This document shows positions 15,200-24,483 of a stretch of 32,000 bases of DNA, one piece after another; positions within the stretch are counted from its first letter, which is position 1, and each line of letters opens with the position of its first letter. Made by a program: the position numbers and the translations under genes. The notes beneath the pieces were generated by a model. That model was not told the origin of the DNA. It did no database searches and saw only the letters and a list, made by a program, of their open reading frames with translations. Source of the DNA: Geobacter sulfurreducens PCA (lineage in GTDB: Bacteria > Desulfobacterota > Desulfuromonadia > Geobacterales > Geobacteraceae); contig NC_002939.5 in NCBI RefSeq assembly GCF_000007985.2, positions 2,760,001-2,792,000 on the forward strand. Reading direction: 5' to 3'.

Positions 15200-17197
15200 T
15201 CAGCGGTGCAGCCTTTTCCACTCCTCCATGCCCCCCTCGTAATTGCGGGCAGGGCCCAGGCCGGCCAGTTCGTGCACCATCAGGGCGTACGCCGACCGGA
15301 TTCCCCCGGCACAGTAATAGACAACGGGCCGGTCCGCATCGACCCCGTTCCTGGCCAGAAGCCTGCGCACCTCGGCCGGAGCCAGGGGGCGACGCTCCTT
15401 GCCCGTAAAGAACTTGTTCCAGGGGATGTGCACCGAGCCTGGGATACGTCCGGCGAGCCGCTCGAAAAAGGAGCGGGTATCGATAATCGTGACCGCGCCG
15501 AGCGAACGCTCCAGTTCGGCGGTGGTAATATCTTCCTCGGGCCGAACGGCAGAGCGGTACGTCAGGGTGCCGCCGCTGTACCGTTCATGGCCTCGCGTGA
15601 GGGGAAGTCCCGCGGCGGTCCAGGCCTGGATGCCGCCGTTGAGCATCCGCACGGGGCCCTTGTGCCCGAGCCAGGCCAGGACCCAGGCGGCCCAGCCCTC
15701 CCCTCCCCAGCTCTTGTCCGCATCCCCGTACACCACCACGGGAGTCCGCTCGTCGATCCCCATGGATCCCAGGGCCCGGGCGAGGTCGCGGGGCGGCCAG
15801 AGCTTGTAGGGGACCCCCTTGTCGTCCGTTCTGGTGTAGTTCTCCCACGAAAAGGAACGGGCGCCGGGGATGTGACCCGCCTGCCAGTCGGAGCGCGGAC
15901 GGCCGTCGAGCACCACCCAGGTTCCGGGGGCGCGCGCCAGGGTCTGGGGCTCCATCAGCCCGAAATCGCGGGCTGACGCACCGGAAACGGCAAGCATCAC
16001 CACAAGGACAGCCGCCGCCAGCATCAGGAGGATGAGTACGGCGGCGCGTCTCCCGCCGACAGCGCTGCCGACGCCATCGGCAGCGCTGCGGAAGGTCCGC
16101 TCCCGCGACGAGGCCACCGGGAGGCTGCGGCGCAACCGCCTCTTCAGCAGCAACCGGTTCAGGTAGGTCCGGGGACCGCTGGCCACCTTGACCCTGCCCG
16201 CCAGGGCGGCCTCAGGTTCGAAAAGCAGGTCCGCCACGTGGCTGGTGGGCGTGTGCGGACCGAGATACGAGGCGCAGCCGGCACAGTAGGTGATCGTCGT
16301 GCTGCCGCCGGCCTCTGCCGCGCGCAGGGAGGTCCATGCCCCGGCCAGGCGGGGCGCGGTGCAGCGGACCGCTCCTCCCTCGCCGCAGCAGAGGGTCCGG
16401 ACGCCGTGGTGGGGCATTTCCCGAACCCTGAGCCCGGCTGCGCCCAGCAGCGTTCTCACGGCCGCGTGCACCCCGGCGTTATCGCGCGAGACGCAGGGAT
16501 CGTGCACGGTCACAGCGCCCTCGGTCTGTTTGAAGCTGATGCCCGCCCGCGCCAGTACCTCGTAAACGGTGACCACCTCCAGCTCCGGGGCATAGCGGGA
16601 GAACACCTCATGGCAGTTGGGACAGGCCACCTGGACGGTCTTCACCCCCTGCGCCAGCAGGTAGGCCTTCATTTCGCCGAACATGGCCGTAAAGTGCCCG
16701 GATCGTCCCAGGTCGTGGGACGGCTTGGTGCAACAGTCGAGAACCATGCCGAGGGATGGTTCGCTGCCGCGCAGCAGGTCGAAGAGCTTCAGCGTTGTCC
16801 GGGGGCGGGTCCCCGGCAGCGCGCAGCCGGGGAAAAAGATCGTACGGCACCCGTCGGGGAGCCCGTACCAGGTGAAAAGTCTCGATGTCCCGGCCCGCTC
16901 GTAGGAAAGGAGCCCCCGGTAGGGAGACAGTTGCAGCGTACCGGCATCGGCGGTGGCGCGCCGCATGGCAAGGAACAGGGCGGCAGGATCGACCCCTTCG
17001 GGGCAGACCGCGCGGCAGAGGCCGCACAGGCTGCACCCGAAGGGGAGATGGGACTGGTCCAGTCGCCGGGGGTCAAAGGATGCTGCCAGCGCCTTTGGCG
17101 TGCCGTGCTCCCGCAGGAAGGCGCATTCGGCTACGCAGATGCCGCAGGCGGTGCAACGCGTCGCCACGTCACCGGCGGACCAGGGGGAATGACTCAT
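15200..17197 (-). CDS. HdrD/GlcF-like Fe-S + CCG-domain protein fused through one TM helix to a tandem rhodanese module
   Basis: Two ferredoxin-type motifs (CTACGICVAEC, CSLCGLCRAVCP) and two CCG-type Cys-rich regions (CCTKP...CPNC; CCGEGG...CAGC). An Arg-rich linker leads into a TM helix (AAVLILLMLAAAVLVVMLAV). Rhodanese 1 lacks the catalytic Cys (YGDADKSWG); rhodanese 2 has it (YYCAGGIRS). The ATG at 17197 overlaps the upstream stop (ATGA). Confidence 0.85.
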   Translation of the reverse strand: MSHSPWSAGDVATRCTACGICVAECAFLREHGTPKALAASFDPRRLDQSHLPFGCSLCGLCRAVCPEGVDPAALFLAMRRATADAGTLQLSPYRGLLSYERAGTSRLFTWYGLPDGCRTIFFPGCALPGTRPRTTLKLFDLLRGSEPSLGMVLDCCTKPSHDLGRSGHFTAMFGEMKAYLLAQGVKTVQVACPNCHEVFSRYAPELEVVTVYEVLARAGISFKQTEGAVTVHDPCVSRDNAGVHAAVRTLLGAAGLRVREMPHHGVRTLCCGEGGAVRCTAPRLAGAWTSLRAAEAGGSTTITYCAGCASYLGPHTPTSHVADLLFEPEAALAGRVKVASGPRTYLNRLLLKRRLRRSLPVASSRERTFRSAADGVGSAVGGRRAAVLILLMLAAAVLVVMLAVSGASARDFGLMEPQTLARAPGTWVVLDGRPRSDWQAGHIPGARSFSWENYTRTDDKGVPYKLWPPRDLARALGSMGIDERTPVVVYGDADKSWGGEGWAAWVLAWLGHKGPVRMLNGGIQAWTAAGLPLTRGHERYSGGTLTYRSAVRPEEDITTAELERSLGAVTIIDTRSFFERLAGRIPGSVHIPWNKFFTGKERRPLAPAEVRRLLARNGVDADRPVVYYCAGGIRSAYALMVHELAGLGPARNYEGGMEEWKRLHR

Positions 17198-17616
17198 TTG
17201 CCCGATTCGCAGAGCTGGGGATGGGGCCACCCCTCCATTCCTTTTTCAAGGATGAAGAGCCGCTTCTCATCCACGCCGCGGGACTTCAGGTAGTCATAGG
17301 TGTTCTTGGCACCGCCGCCGCCCCGGGGGCAAACGATAACCACTTCATCGGCGGAGGCGTTGATCCGCTCGAGGGTCTTGTCGAGCCGCTGCTTTTCCTC
17401 GTCGCTCTTGACGGGATAGGCGTTGGTTTCGAGGGAGCCCTTGAAATGGCGCTTCTGGAACGATTCGGGGGTCTGGATGTCCACGATGACCATGGACTTG
17501 CCGCCTTCGACCCACTGCTTGAATGTGTCCTGATTCACGTACCGGTAATCGGCCGCCAGCGCCGCTACCGCGAAGGCCACCACCATCATTGCTGCCAGCA
17601 CTACTACTTTTCTCAT
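17194..17616 (-). CDS. Periplasmic single-domain rhodanese
   Basis: 140 aa. AAGGAG Shine-Dalgarno, signal peptide (VVLAAMMVVAFAVAALA), active-site loop VCPRGGGGAKN. Confidence 0.85.
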   Translation of the reverse strand: MRKVVVLAAMMVVAFAVAALAADYRYVNQDTFKQWVEGGKSMVIVDIQTPESFQKRHFKGSLETNAYPVKSDEEKQRLDKTLERINASADEVVIVCPRGGGGAKNTYDYLKSRGVDEKRLFILEKGMEGWPHPQLCESGK

Positions 17617-17643
17617 TCGATTCTCCTTTTTTCCGGGACCGCC

Positions 17644-18807
17644 CTAGGCGGTCCTCTTCATTGAACGGTGGACAATTTCGAGGAATGCCTCGACCCGGAC
17701 CTTGAGCTGGCCCGTGTCCGACTCCGAATAGTCGGTTTCGATCTGGAGGAACGGCAAACCGGTCCGCTGCTGGAGATGCTTCTTCAGGACCGATGATTCG
17801 ACGGCATAGGTATGGCACCCGAGCCAGGTCAGGTCCACGACTCCGTCCACGCGGAATTCGCGCGTCAGGCGCTCCACCAGCTCCAATCGGCCGGTATTTG
17901 GCGACATGCATGAGCAGGGCACCTTCAGGTACCGTTCGGCGATGGCCCGAAGCGGGTCGCCGCCCTCCCGCACCTGCTCCACCTTCTTGTAAGCCCCGCA
18001 GCTCTCCAGGCAGACCACCGAAGCGCCGCTCTCCTCGATGATCCGGATCAGCTTTTCCGAACCGACTCCCACCGGCACGCCGGTGAGCAGAATCCGCGGG
18101 GTGGATTCGGTGAAGGGGGAAATGCCCGCCGCGGCCATCTGCCGCAACTCAGCCGCGAACCGGTCCACCAGCTCGATGGCTGCCCGCCGGTCCACGGAAA
18201 AGCCGCGGTTGTGAAGGACGGTCAGCAGGTCGAGGCCGCTGATGGGGGACGGGATGGCCTTGCAGACATCCTGGAGGGCCTGGAGGGACCGGCGTTCTTC
18301 GTTCATGAGTCGGATGGCTTCGGTCAGGGCCTTGTCGGTGATCCGCACCCCGAACTCCCGTTCGAGCCGGGTCTTGAGCCGACCGATCTCCATGAGCCAG
18401 TAGTCCAGGGCAGCCTCGTCCTGGATCTGGGGAAGCTGCATCACATGGATCGGCTTGAGCTCCCCCAGGAGCTCATACATCTTTTTCTTGCCGTCGCAGG
18501 TGGTCTCTGCCAGGAGGAAGTCGGCAAAGTGAAAATAGGGACAGGTGTCCGTGACGGCAAACCCGTAGCTCGACTTGATGAGCGGACAGAGGTTGCGGGG
18601 CAGCACCTTCTCGGCCGCGGGGATCGGCTTCTGGCTCGTGCCGCAGAGCGACACGGGAATGGCGCCGGCCGCCAGAATCAATTCCGTCGGCGAGAAGAGA
18701 CAGTAGGTGCCCACCGCGTGCCGGCCGGCTTCCCTGGCCTCCTTGAGGGCGATGAGATTGCGCTCCTTGAGGGTGGCAATCTCGGCAAAGGTTTCTGAAT
18801 GTATCAT
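17644..18807 (-). CDS. 2-hydroxyacyl-CoA dehydratase (HGD-D) family protein, double-cubane-cluster-protein-like
   Basis: 387 aa with the family's scattered cysteines (GTYCLFSP, SLCGTS, NLCPLIK, DTCPYF, TTCDGKKK, VVCLESCG, VPCSCMSP, LGCHTY). It lies directly downstream of an activase-type ATPase and appears as a single subunit, not an alpha/beta pair. Confidence 0.8.
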   Translation of the reverse strand: MIHSETFAEIATLKERNLIALKEAREAGRHAVGTYCLFSPTELILAAGAIPVSLCGTSQKPIPAAEKVLPRNLCPLIKSSYGFAVTDTCPYFHFADFLLAETTCDGKKKMYELLGELKPIHVMQLPQIQDEAALDYWLMEIGRLKTRLEREFGVRITDKALTEAIRLMNEERRSLQALQDVCKAIPSPISGLDLLTVLHNRGFSVDRRAAIELVDRFAAELRQMAAAGISPFTESTPRILLTGVPVGVGSEKLIRIIEESGASVVCLESCGAYKKVEQVREGGDPLRAIAERYLKVPCSCMSPNTGRLELVERLTREFRVDGVVDLTWLGCHTYAVESSVLKKHLQQRTGLPFLQIETDYSESDTGQLKVRVEAFLEIVHRSMKRTA

Positions 18808-18840
18808 GGCGACGGGATGGCCTCTTTCCGGACCGGCATG

Positions 18841-19602
18841 CTACGCATTGCAGCCGATGAGGGCGGCGCCGAGGGCGCCCACGATCTGGGGGTCTTCCGG
18901 CACGTGCAGGGAAAGCCCCAGCCGCCGGGCGATGACGCCGCTGATGGAGCCGTTGGTGGCGAGTCCCCCGGTGAAGGTAATCCCCTCGTGGGCTTCCAGC
19001 CGCCCCACCAGCCCTTCCATCCGGCGGGCGATGGCGTCGATGATGCCGGCCGCAATGGCGCCCTTGGGCGTTCCCTGGGCGAGGAGGCCGATGATTTCCG
19101 ATTCGGCGAAGACCGTGCACATGCTGGTGAGCGGCACCGGTTCGCTGGACGCGGCCAGGGAGCCGAGCTCGTCGAGGGTGAGGTCGAGGATGCCCGCCAT
19201 GACCTGGAGAAAACGGCCGGTGCCCGCGGCGCACTTGTCGTTCATGATGAAGTCGGATACCGACCCGTCGTCGCTTACCAGGATGACCTTGCTGTCCTGG
19301 CCGCCGATATCGATGACCGCGCGGGTGTCGGGATTCAGGTACCAGGCCCCGCGCGCGTGACAGGAAATCTCCGTGACCCGCTGGTCGCTGAACGGCAGAG
19401 ATACCCGGCCGTAACCGGTGCCCACCACGCGGGAGACGCTTTCTTCCCGGAGGCCGGCGGACGAAAGAGCTTCGCGAAAGGCCCGAAGGCCCGCCTCGCG
19501 CGGCTCCCAGCCGGTGGGTACCACTGCCCGGCCGCGAACCATGCCGTCGAACACGACTGCCTTGGTGGCGGTGGAGCCGATGTCGATCCCGACACTCACC
19601 AT
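18841..19602 (-). CDS. BcrAD/BadFG/HgdC-type activase ATPase (ATP-dependent electron-injecting reductase)
   Basis: The start is placed at the ATG at 19602, which has a GGGAGG Shine-Dalgarno. ASKHA phosphate-1 motif GIDIGSTATKAV, and the two cluster-bridging Cys contexts DKCAAGTGRF and CTVFAESEIIG. Confidence 0.9.
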   Translation of the reverse strand: MVSVGIDIGSTATKAVVFDGMVRGRAVVPTGWEPREAGLRAFREALSSAGLREESVSRVVGTGYGRVSLPFSDQRVTEISCHARGAWYLNPDTRAVIDIGGQDSKVILVSDDGSVSDFIMNDKCAAGTGRFLQVMAGILDLTLDELGSLAASSEPVPLTSMCTVFAESEIIGLLAQGTPKGAIAAGIIDAIARRMEGLVGRLEAHEGITFTGGLATNGSISGVIARRLGLSLHVPEDPQIVGALGAALIGCNA

Positions 19603-19651
19603 ATCTGCCTCCCGCCGCAGCAGCGCCGCGGCATCACACAATCAGCACCCA

Positions 19652-20239
19652 TTACAGGCGAATGACGGAACCGGCCGTGAGCAGCGCCTCGGCCGTGGTG
19701 AACATATTGGTTACCGTTCCGGCCGCGAGTTTCTCCTTGCAGTGGAAAAAGTCGAGACAGACGCCGCAAGAAAGGACCTCTACACCCCGGTTGCCCAGCT
19801 GCTCCAGCGCCTGAAGCACCTCCGACCCTTCGGTGGTGAGGAGCACGCCCGAGTTGAGGAACATCATCCGGTCAGGGAGACTCTCCTGGTCGAGCAGCGT
19901 AATGATGAAGCTCTTCATCAGGAGCCGGCCGAGGTCCTCGGGGCCGTCGCCCAGGCGGTCAGAGGTGATGAGCATGACCGTCCGGCCCTGCCGCGCGGGG
20001 TTCTCCGCCGGGGCCGAAGGGGCGCCCTCCCCGCTGCCGATGGTGATGGCAAAGCCGCCGTCCGCCTCCTCGACAGCCACCCTGAATCCCCGGTTGGCGG
20101 CGAAGCGGGCCACGTTCTCGCGGGGCGCCCCCGCATCGACGAGCACCCGCACGGTCTCTCCGCCTGCCTCCTCCAGTGCCCGCTTGGTGGTCACCACCGG
20201 AGCCGGGCACGCCATATTCCTGCAATCGATCGTTTTCAT
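19652..20239 (-). CDS. yedF: YedF-type protein (TusA/SirA-like domain fused to DsrE-like domain)
   Basis: 195 aa. N-terminal TusA motif CRNMACPAPV. The C-terminal DsrE/DsrF-like half reads RTVMLITSDRLG...VEVLSCGVCLDFF. This length and architecture match the YedF family. Confidence 0.8.
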   Translation of the reverse strand: MKTIDCRNMACPAPVVTTKRALEEAGGETVRVLVDAGAPRENVARFAANRGFRVAVEEADGGFAITIGSGEGAPSAPAENPARQGRTVMLITSDRLGDGPEDLGRLLMKSFIITLLDQESLPDRMMFLNSGVLLTTEGSEVLQALEQLGNRGVEVLSCGVCLDFFHCKEKLAAGTVTNMFTTAEALLTAGSVIRL

Positions 20240-20255
20240 ACGAGCTGTAACCTTC

Positions 20256-20773
20256 CTACATCCAGAGGACCCAGGAGTCCTGGATGTTCTTCATGAGCCA
20301 GTCGCCGGCAGCCTTTTCCACGAAATCGAACTTGTCGCCCCCCACGGCGCCGGCATATTCGGCGCACGGCGGGCAGACGCCGAACCAGGCCCCCTTGTCC
20401 TTGAGCTTTTTCATGATGCTTTCGGCATTGCCGAACTTCTTGAAGATGGGGGATTCGATCCGCCCGGCCTTGTTGCTGTTGGCCAGATCGGCCCCTTCCA
20501 GGTCATCCAGACGTGGAGCTTGCCCCAACCCTTGTCGGCAACCACCTGGGCCATGAGCAGGGCAAAGACGGCACGGTTCGGGTCATTGCCGCCATTGGTG
20601 ATGACGATGACGTATTTGCCCTTCCCTTCCGGATCACCCGCAAATGCCTGCCCCCCCATGAGTCCGGCAAGGCCGGCCGCGCCGAGCCCCATGCCGATGG
20701 TCCTGAGGAAGTCACCCCTCGAAACCGCTTCCGCTACCGAAGATTCCGGGCACTCCGTTTCTTCCCTTTTCAT
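20256..20773 (-). pseudogene. DsrE-family exported protein with CPPC motif, interrupted by a 1-nt frameshift
   Basis: ORF 20411..20773 encodes a Tat-like signal (SRGDFLRTIGMGLGAAGLAG) plus KYVIVITNGGNDPNRAVFALLMAQVVADKGWGKLHVWM. ORF 20256..20528, in the -1 frame, continues LEGADLANSNKAG...WFGVCPPCAEY. Restoring one C in the minus-strand ATGACCTGG (plus-strand GG at 20501..20502) gives a continuous HVWMTLEGADLA. Confidence 0.7.
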
Positions 20774-20827
20774 GAGAATCCCTCCGTGATAAATTCATAG
20801 GATAAAATTATGCAAATTATCGACTAA

Positions 20828-20856
20828 TTGACAGAAACAGGTCAAATTGATATTTT
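20828..20856 (+). promoter_or_regulatory. Sigma-70-type promoter for the LysR gene in the divergent AT-rich region
   Basis: TTGACA (20828..20833), 17-nt spacer, TATTTT (20851..20856). The opposite strand carries TTGACC, an 18-nt spacer and GATAAT, a candidate promoter for the operon. Confidence 0.4.
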
Positions 20857-20899
20857 TCATATATAAAATAACTCCAATTGAGAAAGGCGATAGCGCTCC

Positions 20900-21796
20900 A
20901 TGAACCTCAAGCAGCTCGAAGTATTTCTGGCCGTCGCCGAGAGCGGCAGTTTCTCCCGTGGCGCCGAAGCCACCTTCCTTACCCAGTCCACCGTAAGCCA
21001 GCACATTGCCGCCCTGGAGAGCGAGGTGGGCGTGCGGCTCCTGGACCGGACGAGCCGAGGGGCGCTCCTCACCGAGGGGGGGAAAATCCTGCTGGAGCAC
21101 GCCCGGAAAGTGGTGGCCGGCAGCCGCGAGATCAGCAAAGTCATGCGGCGGTTCCGGGGACTTGAGGAGGCGGAGTTGCGCATCGGCGGCAGCACCATTC
21201 CCGCCGACTACATGATTCCCGCCATGCTCGCCTCGTTCCTGGGCCGGCACCCCGGCGTCCAGGTGACGCTGCTCCAGGGGGACAGCCGCGACATCCTGGA
21301 CCGGATCGAGCGGGAGGACGCGGAGGTGGGCATCATCGGCAGCCGTTTCGACGAGGAGGGGTTCACCTTCACCCCCCTCGGCCGGGACGAGATACGACTC
21401 ATCGCCGCCCCGGACCATCCTCTGGCGGGCACCGGAGCCGTTCCTCTCGCCGAGCTGGCGAACCACGGCTTCGTCTTCCGCGAGCTGGGGTCGGGCACGG
21501 CCAAGAGCGTTGCCGAGGCGCTGGCGGGGGCGGGCCTGCCCGCCGAGAAGCTCCACGTCCGCGCCTGCCTGGGAAGCAACGAGGCGGTCAAGCAGGCCGT
21601 TGCGGCGGGACTCGGCCTGTCGTTCGTGTCGGAGCTGTCGGTGCGCAAGGAACTTGCCCGGGGCGAACTGGTCGAACTGCCGGTGGAGGGGCTGACCATT
21701 GCCCGGACCTTTTATCTCGTCGCCCGTACCGGCCGGGAACTCTCCCCCCCGGCAGTCGCCTTCATCGGCGAACTGACCGGAACCCGGCTCGCCTGA
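20900..21796 (+). CDS. LysR-family transcriptional regulator
   Basis: 298 aa. The N-terminal wHTH MNLKQLEVFLAVAESGSFSRGAEATFLTQSTVSQHIAALE is canonical LysR. The gene is divergent from the sulfur-carrier operon. Confidence 0.95.
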   Translation: MNLKQLEVFLAVAESGSFSRGAEATFLTQSTVSQHIAALESEVGVRLLDRTSRGALLTEGGKILLEHARKVVAGSREISKVMRRFRGLEEAELRIGGSTIPADYMIPAMLASFLGRHPGVQVTLLQGDSRDILDRIEREDAEVGIIGSRFDEEGFTFTPLGRDEIRLIAAPDHPLAGTGAVPLAELANHGFVFRELGSGTAKSVAEALAGAGLPAEKLHVRACLGSNEAVKQAVAAGLGLSFVSELSVRKELARGELVELPVEGLTIARTFYLVARTGRELSPPAVAFIGELTGTRLA

Positions 21797-21829
21797 CCCG
21801 CGGCTCGACGCTCCCTCCTATCGCGCACC

Positions 21830-23224
<1,395 letters not shown>

Positions 23225-23245
23225 GAAGCGGCAGGTACTGCGGAG

Positions 23246-23749
23246 TCAGAATTCAGCGACGATCAGCTCTGACAGGGGCTTGCGGTCCGAGTGGTGGGGG
23301 ACCCCGGACGGACGGCCCACGGCGATCACCGCCATGAGCTCCAGATTCGGAGGGAGCCCCAGCAGGTCGCGCACCTGACCGGCGCTCTTCAGTATCTCGC
23401 CCAGCCACACGGCCCCGAGCCCCAGGGCGTGGGCCGCGAGCAGCATGTTCTGGAGGCAGGCTCCGATGGCCTGATGGTCCTTGGTCTCGTGGTACATGGC
23501 GTCCCGGTCGCAGAACACCGCAATGCTGACCGGCGCTCCTTCCACGATGTGGCGGTAGCGGGTGAGCCCCGCCAGGGACCGGAGCTTTTCCCGGTCGCGG
23601 ACCACGGCGAACCGCCACGGCTGATTGTTGAGCCCGGACGGTGCCCATGCCCCGGCCCGGAGGATATCCTCCACCTCTGCGGGGCTCACCGGTTCATCGG
23701 TGAATTGCCGCACGCTGCGGCGCGAAAGAATTCCCTCGAGCAGTTCCAT
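23246..23749 (-). CDS. Nitroreductase-family flavoprotein
   Basis: LSRRSVRQFTDEPV, APSGLNNQPWRF and the rest are typical of the nitroreductase fold. I prefer the ATG at 23749, which overlaps the upstream stop (TGATG), over the GTG at 23767. Confidence 0.85.
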   Translation of the reverse strand: MELLEGILSRRSVRQFTDEPVSPAEVEDILRAGAWAPSGLNNQPWRFAVVRDREKLRSLAGLTRYRHIVEGAPVSIAVFCDRDAMYHETKDHQAIGACLQNMLLAAHALGLGAVWLGEILKSAGQVRDLLGLPPNLELMAVIAVGRPSGVPHHSDRKPLSELIVAEF

Positions 23750-24483
23750 CAGCGCATCAACCGCCACAGGTAGATGAACGATCCTCCCACCGTCATGGCC
23801 GAAACGAGGCTCATGGCCTGGTGGACCGACATGGAAAAGGCTATCCGGCCCGGAAAGTCGGCCGCGTTGGAAGCCCCGCCCAGGAATTCGATCAGGTCAA
23901 CCCACTCCGGGTCCCACTGGTAGACCTGGAGGTAGAGGGCCGACCCCTTCCAGAGGAACAGGCAGACAAAGGCAACCCCGAAGGCGATGAATCCGCCGGA
24001 GATGGGGGAGTCCTTGATCTGGCGGTAAATCTTCAGAATCATGTCGAAGTTGACGATGGAAAGAAAAACCCAGTTGGCGTTGTCGATCATCCTGATCTGG
24101 CGCAGGACGTAATCGGACGGCGGCGGGTTGGTGTAAATGAGCAGGGCCGACAGTGCGATGGCCCCCACGGTCAGGATGGCAACGGTGCGCTTGCTGCCGG
24201 TTATTTCAAGGGTCCGGGTGAAGAGGTAGTACTCCCTGAACCCGAATGTCAGCACAATGATGGCGATGGTGCTGATCACGTAGTGGATCGCCGCCAGATG
24301 GTGGTACATGGAAAAGGGGTTGAGCGCGTAGACCTGGCTGAAGAAAATGAGGCAGAAGCCGATGGCGATGCTAGTCCAGAGGCGGGCGTTGCCGATGCTG
24401 AAATAGATGCTGATGATGGCGGCGATCAGCCAGAAGAAGACCTCAACGATAGTCACTATGGTGACATTATGGAGAAACTCCAC
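23749..24483 (-). CDS. Polytopic membrane protein of unknown function
   Basis: 244 aa with a GTG start and a GGGAGG Shine-Dalgarno 5 nt upstream. About seven hydrophobic segments and no motif I recognise. It is visibly more AT-rich than its neighbours. Confidence 0.6.
   Translation of the reverse strand: MEFLHNVTIVTIVEVFFWLIAAIISIYFSIGNARLWTSIAIGFCLIFFSQVYALNPFSMYHHLAAIHYVISTIAIIVLTFGFREYYLFTRTLEITGSKRTVAILTVGAIALSALLIYTNPPPSDYVLRQIRMIDNANWVFLSIVNFDMILKIYRQIKDSPISGGFIAFGVAFVCLFLWKGSALYLQVYQWDPEWVDLIEFLGGASNAADFPGRIAFSMSVHQAMSLVSAMTVGGSFIYLWRLMR

Noticed and set aside
20490-20530. Possibility that the break in the DsrE-like gene is a selenocysteine (TGA) recoding event. YedF is a neighbour and DsrE-like selenoproteins are known.
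   Set aside because: The two halves are in different reading frames. No in-frame TGA joins them, and the redox motif is encoded as CPPC with Cys codons. This is a frameshift, not Sec recoding.
20804-20820. Direct repeat AAATTAT-GC-AAATTAT in the LysR/operon divergent region, considered as a LysR T-N11-A box.
   Set aside because: It is a direct repeat, not the dyad expected for LysR sites. I could not identify a convincing T-N11-A palindrome by eye.
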